Below are positions 54,616 to 64,000 of a DNA stretch of 64,000 nucleotides, one piece after another. Positions within the stretch are counted from its first letter, which is position 1. Every line of letters starts with the position of its first letter. The position numbers and the translations under genes were made by a program. The stretch covers positions 1 to 64,000 of the forward strand of contig JBEKXF010000015.1 of NCBI GenBank assembly GCA_049512315.1, read 5' to 3'. The stretch comes from Candidatus Aminicenantales bacterium. GTDB taxonomy: Bacteria > Acidobacteriota > Aminicenantia > Aminicenantales > Saccharicenantaceae. Below the pieces are notes generated by a model, which saw only the letters and a list, made by a program, of their open reading frames with translations, had not been told where the DNA came from and did no database searches.

Positions 54616-55803
54616 CTAGCTTCGATTTCTTAGTATTCTCAAATAGTGTTGTTCCAGGACGGATACTATCGTTTTCCAGGATAATTCCCCCTCAGCCAGA
54701 AATCTAGCATTGACGGACATAGTTTTTTGTAATGTGGGGTCGTGCAAAAGGCTAAGGCAACTATCGGCAAACTCAACAGGATTATCCGCGCATAGCTTAC
54801 CTATATTGTATTTAGAAAATATCGGCTCTAACACTTTTATCTTTGTGGAAACTATCGGTCTGCCCACCGATAGATAATCATTTATCTTAGAGGGCCATAC
54901 ATTATCGGTCCAACGCTCTTTGCGCAACGGCAATAGTAAAAGGTCACATCCAGAAAGATAATTATTGATTTCCTTATAGGAAAGCCACCCAGTCTCCTGA
55001 ATCTCATTACTGTATGCGTAAGGTACATATGGCCGCCAATTAAGTTTGGTATTTCCAATCAAGATGAGACGACATGGCCGATTCATTCTCGATGCAATTC
55101 TGCGGAAGCTTTGGAACAACAACTCCGCATTTTCTGGTCTTAATACCCCGAGATATCCTAGGGCTATAGTTTCCTCAGAAAGTCCTGGCAAAGAGCGGCG
55201 AGCCTCATCTCTTGGCATCGGCCGCATCCTTTCGGGGTCGCAGCCATGCAGCAGGACTCCGATCTTTTCTTTAGGGATTCCCAGTGACCTCGCTCTTTCG
55301 GCCAAAGGTTCTCCCATAGCGATACAATAATCTGCCTTAGGATAAATATTATTTTCGAAGAATGTCTCAATCGGAGCTGTTAATTTGCCCATTATATGAC
55401 CCCTCCCCTGCCCCTTGCCCCCCCTTCCAAACCAGTCGGCCCAGGTGAAAAATAAGGGTCTATGACCTGTCTTACTCAGCAGCAATCCGGGTAATGAAAC
55501 TACTGGTCTAGATTCATATCCATGGACAATATCAAAATCATTTCCAATAAATCTAGCAACCCTCAACAAAGAATCCCAGATATCCCACCCCGATCTAGCC
55601 CTACCCCATAAAAGGTCAGGAAATTCTACGATTTTGACACCTTCAGAAATTGATTCACTAATTCTAAATCGACTTTTCCGTGATATACACGCTAGCGTTA
55701 CGTGATGTCCTTTCTTAGCGAGGTATCTTCCTTGATGATAGGCAGTAAAAAATATGCCCCCTCCCGACCAAGCGATTGTATGCGTCAAGTACAATAATCT
55801 CAT
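54616..55803 (-). CDS. Glycosyltransferase family 4
   Basis: GT-B fold; WPSKINDYLSVGRPIV motif. Confidence 0.85.
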   Translation of the reverse strand: MRLLYLTHTIAWSGGGIFFTAYHQGRYLAKKGHHVTLACISRKSRFRISESISEGVKIVEFPDLLWGRARSGWDIWDSLLRVARFIGNDFDIVHGYESRPVVSLPGLLLSKTGHRPLFFTWADWFGRGGKGQGRGHIMGKLTAPIETFFENNIYPKADYCIAMGEPLAERARSLGIPKEKIGVLLHGCDPERMRPMPRDEARRSLPGLSEETIALGYLGVLRPENAELLFQSFRRIASRMNRPCRLILIGNTKLNWRPYVPYAYSNEIQETGWLSYKEINNYLSGCDLLLLPLRKERWTDNVWPSKINDYLSVGRPIVSTKIKVLEPIFSKYNIGKLCADNPVEFADSCLSLLHDPTLQKTMSVNARFLAEGELSWKTIVSVLEQHYLRILRNRS

Positions 55804-55812
55804 TCTTTTGAA

Positions 55813-56271
55813 CTACCAATTCTCAATCTTATGTGCGTTGATATTCCTCTTAAGTATTTCCGCGGGGAATCCAGCGGCTACACAATTAGACGGAATATTC
55901 CTTGACACAACTGAATTCGCTCCAATCACACAATTGTCGCCGATTGTGACTGGCCCTAATATTTTCGCTCCTGGTCCAATATAAACATCACTTCCGATGA
56001 TGGGTACCCTAGGCAAATACCCTCTGCCGCCGATCGTTACTTGATGACAAATCAGCACATTATTTCCTATTTTGACATCCTGGTGGATAACTACCCCGTT
56101 TCCTCCGTGAGCCAATCGGCAATTCTTTCCTATTCTTGTCTTGTAAGGCACAACGGCTTTAAATATAAAAAACAGAGTATGTTGAATTATAGCCGGGAAC
56201 GCCGGAATCTTGCGCTTATAAAGCCAATTTGCTAAATAATACAAACTTATTGGATTCATAATGTTCGCCAA
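55813..56271 (-). CDS. CysE/WcaB-like hexapeptide O-acetyltransferase
   Basis: H.G.GVVIH, HQVTIGG, IGPGAKILGP and IGANSVV motifs. Confidence 0.88.
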   Translation of the reverse strand: MANIMNPISLYYLANWLYKRKIPAFPAIIQHTLFFIFKAVVPYKTRIGKNCRLAHGGNGVVIHQDVKIGNNVLICHQVTIGGRGYLPRVPIIGSDVYIGPGAKILGPVTIGDNCVIGANSVVSRNIPSNCVAAGFPAEILKRNINAHKIENW

Positions 56272-56273
56272 AT

Positions 56274-57188
56274 TTATTTCGTATAAACAACTTTTGCTCT
56301 TACGGTCTCAAGATCATTTATTGAATAGTTAACGTATTTTAAAGAAATTTTTTCAGGGACAGAATTCGAATCGACATCCACAACACAGTCCAATACTTGA
56401 AAACCATTCTTCTCAAATATCTCCAGATAATCACTTATCTGCAAACGATTAATGAACTGGACTGTCTTTCCAAACATCATTCCCCATGCTTTTTCGGAAT
56501 ATCTCAGATAATTTTTTTTCGGCATTCTCGGAGCATAATGAGCGATATGATCGTCCAGGCCAATTTGATGAATAAATAACCCTCCAGGTCTTAGCAACCT
56601 ATACATGATCGGTGAATTCTCGTCCAACTGATCCTTAGAGATATGTTCCAGAACATCCATACTAAATATCACATCATATTCATTCTCTCCGAAGCCCAGA
56701 AAACTCCCCGTTGGCGACACGACATATTTCATGTTTAGCTTATCGTAAAGGGTCTGAAAGTTCGGAACGGTCGATATCACATCCTTTATTTTTTCTATTC
56801 GAAGTTTATTCCAAGCTGCTTCGCCACTGATATCTCTTATTAAGCCATCGGCTAATTTGCCCATTCGCTTTTTTACAGCCGCCAGGTTTCTGTTATCCTG
56901 GATATCAAAAAGCACAATCTCATTATCAAAGAAGTATCTAAGGAATAATGAATAGAAATGAGTCCAACCTGTTCCTAATTCAAGCAATTTACCGGTCGAT
57001 TTCTCTTTTGTTCTTATTAAATTACAAAGCCAAAGGCCTTGCGCTATATCTGTTGTAGTGAGGGCCGAATGTTTATTGTAGAAGAATATATTCCCTAATC
57101 TCCTATAAGCTCTTTTTGTTAGCTTATTCAAGCTGAACAATTTAAGAACTATCGCGGCGCCGAAATATTGGAGATTTGGAACTAACAC
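56274..57188 (-). CDS. Class I SAM-dependent methyltransferase
   Basis: LELGTG, DVIFSMDVLEH and LRPGG motifs. Confidence 0.8.
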   Translation of the reverse strand: MLVPNLQYFGAAIVLKLFSLNKLTKRAYRRLGNIFFYNKHSALTTTDIAQGLWLCNLIRTKEKSTGKLLELGTGWTHFYSLFLRYFFDNEIVLFDIQDNRNLAAVKKRMGKLADGLIRDISGEAAWNKLRIEKIKDVISTVPNFQTLYDKLNMKYVVSPTGSFLGFGENEYDVIFSMDVLEHISKDQLDENSPIMYRLLRPGGLFIHQIGLDDHIAHYAPRMPKKNYLRYSEKAWGMMFGKTVQFINRLQISDYLEIFEKNGFQVLDCVVDVDSNSVPEKISLKYVNYSINDLETVRAKVVYTK

Positions 57189-57242
57189 GTTAAGCGAGAA
57201 TGTAATTAGTTATTTCGCTAAAGGTCTGCGAAATCAATAAAT

Positions 57243-58403
57243 TCAACTGGCTAAAGTTTTCATCAATTGTATGGTTTCTGAAATATTACGTTCCCAGGTA
57301 AATTGTTTGCACCAAGACTTGCCCTTATCCTTCAGTTCCTTTTTTAGCTTCTTGTTTGAAAGTACCTGGAACATAGATTCTGCCATGAGCGGAATGTCGT
57401 GGGGGTTCACTACAAGGGACCCACCTCCTGATATTTCTGGGACAGCTGTCCGATCCGATACGATCACAGGGACTCCACACGCCATGGCTTCCAAGGGCGG
57501 AATTCCAAACGTTTCTAGTTCAGATGGGTAGACGGCCAAGTCAGCGGCAGCATAAAACAATCTCAAATCCCAATGGTGAACGTAATCAAAGAAATGAATA
57601 TAACGAGTTAATTGCATTTCAATTGCTTTATTTTCAATCTGCCTCCGATATCCTTTGATATCGTTCCCAATCAGGACCAAATGATAAGGAAGACCTCTCT
57701 CCCTTAATTTACTAAATGCGTTCAATAATAGGCTATGATTTTTGTATGGGCGGAAACTGGAGACATAGATTATGAACGGATAATCAATAGAGAAACGACT
57801 TTTAAACCCCTTAATTACCTGCGGGTCTAGCCAATTCATGTTGAAGAAATCATTATCAAGTGCTTCATAAATAACATGTACGCGTTCGGCGTTAATCCCG
57901 AAGCACTCAACGATTTTTGCTTTCGTATATAAACTATTGGCTATTATTAGTTCTGCCCTACGAGCTTTCCTTCGGCCCATCCATTTACGATAACTCGCTT
58001 TCCAAAATCCGATTTCCTCAGGTACGTCAATATATTGGAGGTCGACGATTTTAAAAACTTCCTTAATGTTCGGAATGCCAAATATCGGTTCAGGATTCAT
58101 AGAAAAGTGGACGTCTAGTCTCATTTTGTGACAGAGGTAGGGAAGTATTATGTTTTGGACGGGTATTCGAAACAATCTCATTGTAGCAGGAACTCTGATC
58201 TGCTTTAGAATAATCCGAGGTGCTGTCTCAGGCGTAACGAATTTCGTATAATATTCGTGTTGTAGAGGAGAAACAAAAACTATAATATTGAGCGAATTAT
58301 CGATGCGAGGTACGATTTGAATCATTTTTCGAATTGCCCCGACGGCTCCGCTTTTCCCAGGGTTGGCGGGAAATGCGTCGATGCCAATCTTTAGTTCGCT
58401 CAT
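57243..58403 (-). CDS. Glycosyltransferase family 4
   Basis: PYKN and ETFGIPPLEAMACGVPV (EX7E) motifs. Confidence 0.92.
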   Translation of the reverse strand: MSELKIGIDAFPANPGKSGAVGAIRKMIQIVPRIDNSLNIIVFVSPLQHEYYTKFVTPETAPRIILKQIRVPATMRLFRIPVQNIILPYLCHKMRLDVHFSMNPEPIFGIPNIKEVFKIVDLQYIDVPEEIGFWKASYRKWMGRRKARRAELIIANSLYTKAKIVECFGINAERVHVIYEALDNDFFNMNWLDPQVIKGFKSRFSIDYPFIIYVSSFRPYKNHSLLLNAFSKLRERGLPYHLVLIGNDIKGYRRQIENKAIEMQLTRYIHFFDYVHHWDLRLFYAAADLAVYPSELETFGIPPLEAMACGVPVIVSDRTAVPEISGGGSLVVNPHDIPLMAESMFQVLSNKKLKKELKDKGKSWCKQFTWERNISETIQLMKTLAS

Positions 58404-58404
58404 A

Positions 58405-59184
58405 TTATAAAAATGAGCGGACCACCCTTCTCAAGGCAATTAAAATATAATACTCAATTTGGCTTAACCCACTTTTTATTGAGTGACCGAATTTTTTAGG
58501 AAAGTGCTTTTTTTGAAGGATATAGGACTCGGATCTAAATCCAGATTTTTGCGTGATCCCTTTGCTTGATTCATGGTAACGGAACTTGCAAATAAGAAAA
58601 GGAACACTCTTAATATTAAAGCCGCTGTTCAGTGCCTTGCTGAAAAAGTCAAAATCCATGCAATAATGCAACTGCATATCCAAAGGACCGCATTGATTCC
58701 AAACACGTCTTCTCCAAAAAGCCGTGGGTTGGCAAATATTAATTCCCACCTTAAAGAATTCTTTTATGAACGGATAATAGAATCCCTTTCTGATCACCCT
58801 TCCCTTTTGGTTAATATCATAATGAAACCCATAAATAACATCGGCAAAAGGCATAGCCATAAAATATCTAGCAACTGCAAACAAAGCGCCGGCATTATAA
58901 ACGTCATCTGAATTTAGCCACGCCAATATTTCTCCGGATGACTTCGCGAATCCCTTATTGATAGCTTCGCTTTGTCCCCGGTCCTTTTCAGATACCCAAT
59001 AGGAGATGCTCTTTTCGTATTTTTTTATAACATCTATGGAACTATCCGTAGATTGGCCATCGATAATAATGTATTCCAAATTAGGGTAATCCTGATTGAT
59101 GACGCTTCTAATGGTCTCTTCAAGAAATAACCCCTGGTTATAACTTGGAGTCACGACAGAAATCTTGGGCCATTGAGGGATCAT
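58405..59184 (-). CDS. Glycosyltransferase family 2
   Basis: ISVVTPSYNQ, IDGQSTD, GQSEAINKG and WLNSDD motifs. Confidence 0.93.
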   Translation of the reverse strand: MIPQWPKISVVTPSYNQGLFLEETIRSVINQDYPNLEYIIIDGQSTDSSIDVIKKYEKSISYWVSEKDRGQSEAINKGFAKSSGEILAWLNSDDVYNAGALFAVARYFMAMPFADVIYGFHYDINQKGRVIRKGFYYPFIKEFFKVGINICQPTAFWRRRVWNQCGPLDMQLHYCMDFDFFSKALNSGFNIKSVPFLICKFRYHESSKGITQKSGFRSESYILQKKHFPKKFGHSIKSGLSQIEYYILIALRRVVRSFL

Positions 59185-59191
59185 TAATGCC

Positions 59192-59926
59192 TTAATTTAT
59201 CTTTTTAACAAAGATACATTCGATTTGATACATTCGGCCCCTTTTAACGTCAGTAAAACCGGGAAAAATCCCAAATAGATCATACCCAAGATTTTTAACA
59301 AAGGGCAGCATCTGGCCAAAATCTCTTTGGCCATCGTACATAGGTATTATGGACATCTCGATTTGCATTACGAAGATCTTATCCAAGATATCCGCAGCCC
59401 CTTCTAATACCTTATCTTCATATCCCTGGCTATCGATCTTTAAGAACGCAGGACGACCCTCTTCTTTGATAATTTTTCTGCCAACCTCATCTAACCTGTA
59501 CATCTGGACTTCTTCAGAGCCTATATATATCGAGTTCGGCTCTGCATTTATGTGCTCCTGGAGGATAGGAAGGATTGAACTACTTACGCTATTTTTAGAA
59601 ATGTTAATCGTTGTAATCTTATTAGCCTCGCCGATAGCACAGCGTTCCGCCAAGCTCCATTTTTTTACTCCACGAGTTTTTTCTCTTAATAATCTATAAG
59701 GACCAGATAAAGGTTCAAAAGAAACTATTTTCCCTTTGTAGCCATGTTCAATCAACCCGATCGCATACTGCCCAACGTTGGCCCCTACATCGAATACGAG
59801 GCCGATTCCATATTCATCCAATAAGAGCTTCACCATTTGAAACGGTGAACTTCCCGGAGTGAATTGAACGACATCGTAGCCGAATCTTCGAAGAAGAGAT
59901 TTAATGGTTTTCTTGAATGGATTCAA
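59192..59926 (-). CDS. FkbM family methyltransferase
   Basis: DVGANVGQY, SFEP and LKIDSQGYE motifs. Confidence 0.9.
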   Translation of the reverse strand: MNPFKKTIKSLLRRFGYDVVQFTPGSSPFQMVKLLLDEYGIGLVFDVGANVGQYAIGLIEHGYKGKIVSFEPLSGPYRLLREKTRGVKKWSLAERCAIGEANKITTINISKNSVSSSILPILQEHINAEPNSIYIGSEEVQMYRLDEVGRKIIKEEGRPAFLKIDSQGYEDKVLEGAADILDKIFVMQIEMSIIPMYDGQRDFGQMLPFVKNLGYDLFGIFPGFTDVKRGRMYQIECIFVKKIN

Positions 59927-59950
59927 CGTTTTCCTAGAGAAGGTCTCAAT

Positions 59951-61129
59951 TCAATTCATGCTAGAACAAATGGACTGATAGAGCCTTAAGTGTTGCGCGG
60001 CCACGACATCTGGATGAAATGCTCTTTTTGCGTATTCCGCTGCCTTTATTCCGATTTTCTTTCTCAGGCCATCTTCCTTTAAAAGCCATATCGCTTTTTC
60101 TGCTAAGTCTTTTGAATTCCCGACTTCAAACAACACTCCAGTTTCCCCATCCACGATGTTCTCTTTAATTCCACCCGTTCGTGATCCAAGGACGGGCAAG
60201 CCCATGGCCATTCCTTCAACTACGGTACAGCCAAATGGCTCATAAATAGACGGGGTCACGACTAGGTCGGTATTCCGAAGCTCTTGAATGATCTGGTCCC
60301 ACTCCATCCATCCTAGGAAAGCGACATTATTTGCAACGCCCAAATACCTTGATCTATTTACAATCTTAGACATTGATAATTCTGTAGTATTTCCAATAAC
60401 CTTCAATACGACTTCATGGATTTTTTCCCTGATCAAGGGGAGAGCATCCATTAGGATTTCAAGGCCCTTTTCTCTTCTTAATTGGCCGAAGAATGCTATC
60501 GTTAATCGCCCATCCGTTTTCGAATCGTAATCAACTTTGCTATGGTTAAAAAAGTCGCTATGAACGCAATTGGGAATGCGGTGAATCTTTGCTGTTGTTA
60601 GGGGGCTAATGATTTCCCCGATATAGCGGCTATCCACCGTAATATGGGAAGCATTCTTAATAGTATACTTTTCAAAATGCCTAAAAATAGCCATCGTCGA
60701 CAAACTAGGCTGTCCAGTAATTTTCATTAACATCGGCAAATAATTATGAATTCCAGCAATAGATCGGTAATTCGAAGTTATTGCATAATATGGATCTCCA
60801 GTCTCAGCGTGATGACCGTGGACTATGTCGGGCTTTATTTTTTTTAATTCTCTATGGACGAGCATTTTTGGATATTGAAGGAATGTAAAGCTGGTAAGTT
60901 TCGGAGGAATCCCGACAAAATGAATATTGATATTTCCATCGCGGACTAGCTTCGTCCCCCGGATATGCCGTGTCATGGATATCTGGTGAACATCTACTCC
61001 AGGGATCTTCGATAACCCAAGGCTCAGATTTATCGTGCCGGTCGCACGCGTATAATCCTCAACACGGATTCCGAGTTTTTCTTGTATTTGAGGAGTTAAG
61101 ATATATGGGCAAATAACAGCGATTATCAT
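59951..61129 (-). CDS. Glycosyltransferase family 4
   Basis: REKG and EPFGCTVVEGMAMGLPV motifs. Confidence 0.92.
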   Translation of the reverse strand: MIIAVICPYILTPQIQEKLGIRVEDYTRATGTINLSLGLSKIPGVDVHQISMTRHIRGTKLVRDGNINIHFVGIPPKLTSFTFLQYPKMLVHRELKKIKPDIVHGHHAETGDPYYAITSNYRSIAGIHNYLPMLMKITGQPSLSTMAIFRHFEKYTIKNASHITVDSRYIGEIISPLTTAKIHRIPNCVHSDFFNHSKVDYDSKTDGRLTIAFFGQLRREKGLEILMDALPLIREKIHEVVLKVIGNTTELSMSKIVNRSRYLGVANNVAFLGWMEWDQIIQELRNTDLVVTPSIYEPFGCTVVEGMAMGLPVLGSRTGGIKENIVDGETGVLFEVGNSKDLAEKAIWLLKEDGLRKKIGIKAAEYAKRAFHPDVVAAQHLRLYQSICSSMN

Positions 61130-61136
61130 AGCGATG

Positions 61137-62522
61137 CTATACTGACAAAGACATTGTTATTCGTGGTCGCTCGGCAATTAAGTTTATCGCTAAAAACATA
61201 AATATTTGAAGATAGAAGAGTGTGAAGTTTATAGTGCTTGTCAACCCTGAGAAAAGCAAAACAATCAAGGGAACGACATTAAGCAGTAGCCTAGCATTAT
61301 TTCTATATTTTTTTATCATTTTAAATAGAATTTGCATATTCGCAAGAACAAAAAGGATTACTGCGAATATCCCGTTTTCTACTAATATGTTTAGATAAAT
61401 ATTGTGGGCAGCTGTAAAATACCACCCGGAAATCTTATAGAGGTATTCTCCGAAACCACGAGCGCCTACGCCAAAAATAATATTTGATATATCAGATTTT
61501 AAAATTGGAGCCCAAATACCTTCCACACGACTTAGAATTGTAGAATTGCCATAGGGATAAAATATATCAATCACCATATTTTTCCATGGAGTTAATAAGA
61601 TAAGAGCACCGAACGAAACCGCAAGTATGCTTGCAAGAACATACTTTCTTCTAGCAACCTGATAGATTAATAATGCTATAGCAAGGCTAAATACTGATGC
61701 CCTTGCAGAAAAGCGGGTCATCATATATCCGCTGATAACCACCGCTATGCTCCATAGCACGATTCGTATAATACGGTTTTCCTGCATTATCTTAGTAATG
61801 AGAATAGGGAATAGGACAGCAATCCATACAGATAAATCGACGGCTGATAGAATCCCGGGGCTTAGTCGACTTATCCCTATGCCTCCTACATCGATTATTG
61901 CGCTGGGCTGCGTCACATATATCATGATCGAATAAGCTACCAGTGCGGCCAATACAAGCAAGAGTGAATTTTGAATTATATAAATATCTTCCCGTCTAAA
62001 ATAAAGAACTGCGACTGCATAGAATAAAATAATTGCCGCGATTTTTATTAATTCTTTAAATGATGCTATCTTTTCTGAATGAAAAACAACCGTTTCCAAT
62101 AAACATACAAAAATAAAAGCCAGAAAGACCAACAATCCGGGTGTCTTCACGATAGTTTTAATAAAAGAAATCTTCTTTATATTATAGAAAATTAAAAAAA
62201 TGCTTCCTGCCACGAAAGCGAAACTGATCATGCCCTCATATGTCACTGACCATGTTCCCGGATCCAATATGCTTGTTTCCGTCTTCTCGACGAGTATTGT
62301 TCCCGCCGATATCAATAAATAAAATATTATCAATCCCAGTGGTGGGCGCCATAGGAGGATCAAAAGAAAGGTTGCCGAAAACCCAGCCAACATAAGAATG
62401 CCGTAATCGCCGAAGTACGGCAAAATAAACAGAAAAACTACTAATATTAAAACAAACTGGCGAACAAAATTATTGTTATGTACTTGCACAGGAATAATTG
62501 TCCGTTGCCTAGAGCTATTCAA
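61137..62522 (-). CDS. Wzy-like polymerase / O-antigen ligase family membrane protein
   Basis: Polytopic membrane protein; SAR, IFGVG and AHNIYL..L.E.G motifs; probable TTG start overlapping the flippase stop. Confidence 0.8.
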   Translation of the reverse strand: MNSSRQRTIIPVQVHNNNFVRQFVLILVVFLFILPYFGDYGILMLAGFSATFLLILLWRPPLGLIIFYLLISAGTILVEKTETSILDPGTWSVTYEGMISFAFVAGSIFLIFYNIKKISFIKTIVKTPGLLVFLAFIFVCLLETVVFHSEKIASFKELIKIAAIILFYAVAVLYFRREDIYIIQNSLLLVLAALVAYSIMIYVTQPSAIIDVGGIGISRLSPGILSAVDLSVWIAVLFPILITKIMQENRIIRIVLWSIAVVISGYMMTRFSARASVFSLAIALLIYQVARRKYVLASILAVSFGALILLTPWKNMVIDIFYPYGNSTILSRVEGIWAPILKSDISNIIFGVGARGFGEYLYKISGWYFTAAHNIYLNILVENGIFAVILFVLANMQILFKMIKKYRNNARLLLNVVPLIVLLFSGLTSTINFTLFYLQIFMFLAINLIAERPRITMSLSV

Positions 62523-64000
62523 GGGCCTTCTGAAGCTTTCCGAATAATCTACTTTTTGTATTCGCCGCGATATTCGCAAGTAATGTTTTTTCTTCCTGTG
62601 TCCATTTTTCGAGTAGAAAAGTCGCGATGAAATAGACAACGATGCCAAGTAGGATACTCAAACCGAGTTTAATCAGTAACAGGGCATGCCTTAACACTAA
62701 AGATAAAAACATGATTGTTGCCCCTGTAATGAACATTATTAATAATCTTTTAGCATAGTCCCTTATCGAACCTGGCTTAACCTTTAATAGCCAAACTACT
62801 TCGCCGAGAACAATTGATTGAATAATCACGTATGTAACGGCGACAGATATTGCAGCTCCAATCATCCCCCATAGCGATGTCATATATATGGACAAACCAA
62901 GATTTAGGGTCAACATTAGAATTCCGTTTATAATCAATAATTTTCTTTTGTCGTACATAAGAAGTATAGTTCCTGAAGCTCCAAAGATAGTTTGATATAA
63001 CTGAGCAAATGCGAATATTTTTAGCGCATAACTTCCAATAGCAAAATCTGGTCCGAATATCCTTAGCATATCTTCACTCAGGCAAAATATGATAACAAAC
63101 CCGATTCCGCTTATTAGCCCTATCCATTTTGCAGATATCGAAAATACTTTATCAACACCATCCTTGTTTTTTTGTCGAATGAATTTCGCAATTGATACTG
63201 CAAATAATTCTCCAAACACAATCAATGGGATGAGTATCACAGAGCCAAGGATTCGCACGATTGCATAAACGCCTGCTTCACGTGAAGAAGACATATATCC
63301 GACCACCCACAGGTCGAGCTCTCTTGATGCCGTTGTCAGAAACGGGACAATGGTTAGCGGAGCTGAATAGCGTAATAAATCTCCCATTTCGATGCCGTGC
63401 TCTTCCTCAACAGGCACTGGCAATCTTTCATTTAACTTCTTAAGTTCTTTAGTTAGAATTATGGCTAAGGCACATGAAGAAAGGATAAGTCCTGCGATTG
63501 TCCCAAGGAGCAACGCAATTATATGATTAAAAAAGAAAAGAAAGACGATAGTGATGACTAGACGAGATATGTTCCTTATTATTTGGTCAAATATTGTGAT
63601 TTTATAATTTTTCTGAATTACGGTGAAACTCGACTGGAGGATCGGAATTAGACTTATCAAAGGAAAAACCAATATGAGGTCATCAAAAACATTGATGCTT
63701 CCTACGCTTCTAACTAAAAGGGGATAAGCAATTTTCCTCAAGATAATAAAATAGGAAAATACTATCGAGGTTGATATAACCAGGACCGAAATACAGCTGA
63801 GCTTTATCAAGCGCGAGACATTATTCGCATCGTTGGCGCCAAGATAATATCCTCCTTTTCGAAGGACGGTCAGATTCAATCCAAGCCCGGGAAGAATCTG
63901 GCTTATCATCATAATACTTAGGCCTACTCCTATTGCGCCAATTGCACTCGCCCCCACTGTACGCGCAAGAACAATGCTTGTTAAGAACGAAATGGCGTAG
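62515..64000 (-). CDS. wzx: Wzx flippase (5' end beyond the window)
   Basis: 12 or more TM helices; D..VVG...EAGVY.. and WGMIGAAIS motifs; frame open to the window edge. Confidence 0.85.
   Translation of the reverse strand, partial: YAISFLTSIVLARTVGASAIGAIGVGLSIMMISQILPGLGLNLTVLRKGGYYLGANDANNVSRLIKLSCISVLVISTSIVFSYFIILRKIAYPLLVRSVGSINVFDDLILVFPLISLIPILQSSFTVIQKNYKITIFDQIIRNISRLVITIVFLFFFNHIIALLLGTIAGLILSSCALAIILTKELKKLNERLPVPVEEEHGIEMGDLLRYSAPLTIVPFLTTASRELDLWVVGYMSSSREAGVYAIVRILGSVILIPLIVFGELFAVSIAKFIRQKNKDGVDKVFSISAKWIGLISGIGFVIIFCLSEDMLRIFGPDFAIGSYALKIFAFAQLYQTIFGASGTILLMYDKRKLLIINGILMLTLNLGLSIYMTSLWGMIGAAISVAVTYVIIQSIVLGEVVWLLKVKPGSIRDYAKRLLIMFITGATIMFLSLVLRHALLLIKLGLSILLGIVVYFIATFLLEKWTQEEKTLLANIAANTKSRLFGKLQKALE

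Overview
Bacterial chromosomal window with a GC-rich backbone. The gene mix suggests an anaerobe in or near Acidobacteriota/Aminicenantia (inference only). The left and middle parts hold transport and housekeeping genes: a Tat-type class V PLP enzyme running off the left edge, the 5' half only of a tRNA-Arg(UCG) that probably marks an integration junction, an NTT-HEAT transporter, an RND efflux operon, a Mo-oxidoreductase pair, mntH, a radical SAM gene, nrdJ, a GH172 gene, a decayed wHTH/toxin-like pair and an alpha-2-macroglobulin. The right 27 kb (36.7-64 kb, minus strand) is a Wzx/Wzy surface-polysaccharide locus that becomes AT-rich toward the edge. It contains a transaldolase/GmhA/PPi-PFK/HddA/HddC higher-carbon-sugar cassette and two tandem surface proteins sharing a C-terminal motif. 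The strongest unexplained structure is an HUH/Y1-transposase element family present as a full copy (35734-36745), a 248-bp gene-less derivative (28447-28694) and a solo end (39854-39959). All five ends share one architecture: a GGGGTCGGACC-type terminus whose outer G lies exactly 66 nt from a 40-41 bp CTTAAG-type palindrome. Related GGTGAC and GGGGTC hairpins are scattered through the intergenic regions.
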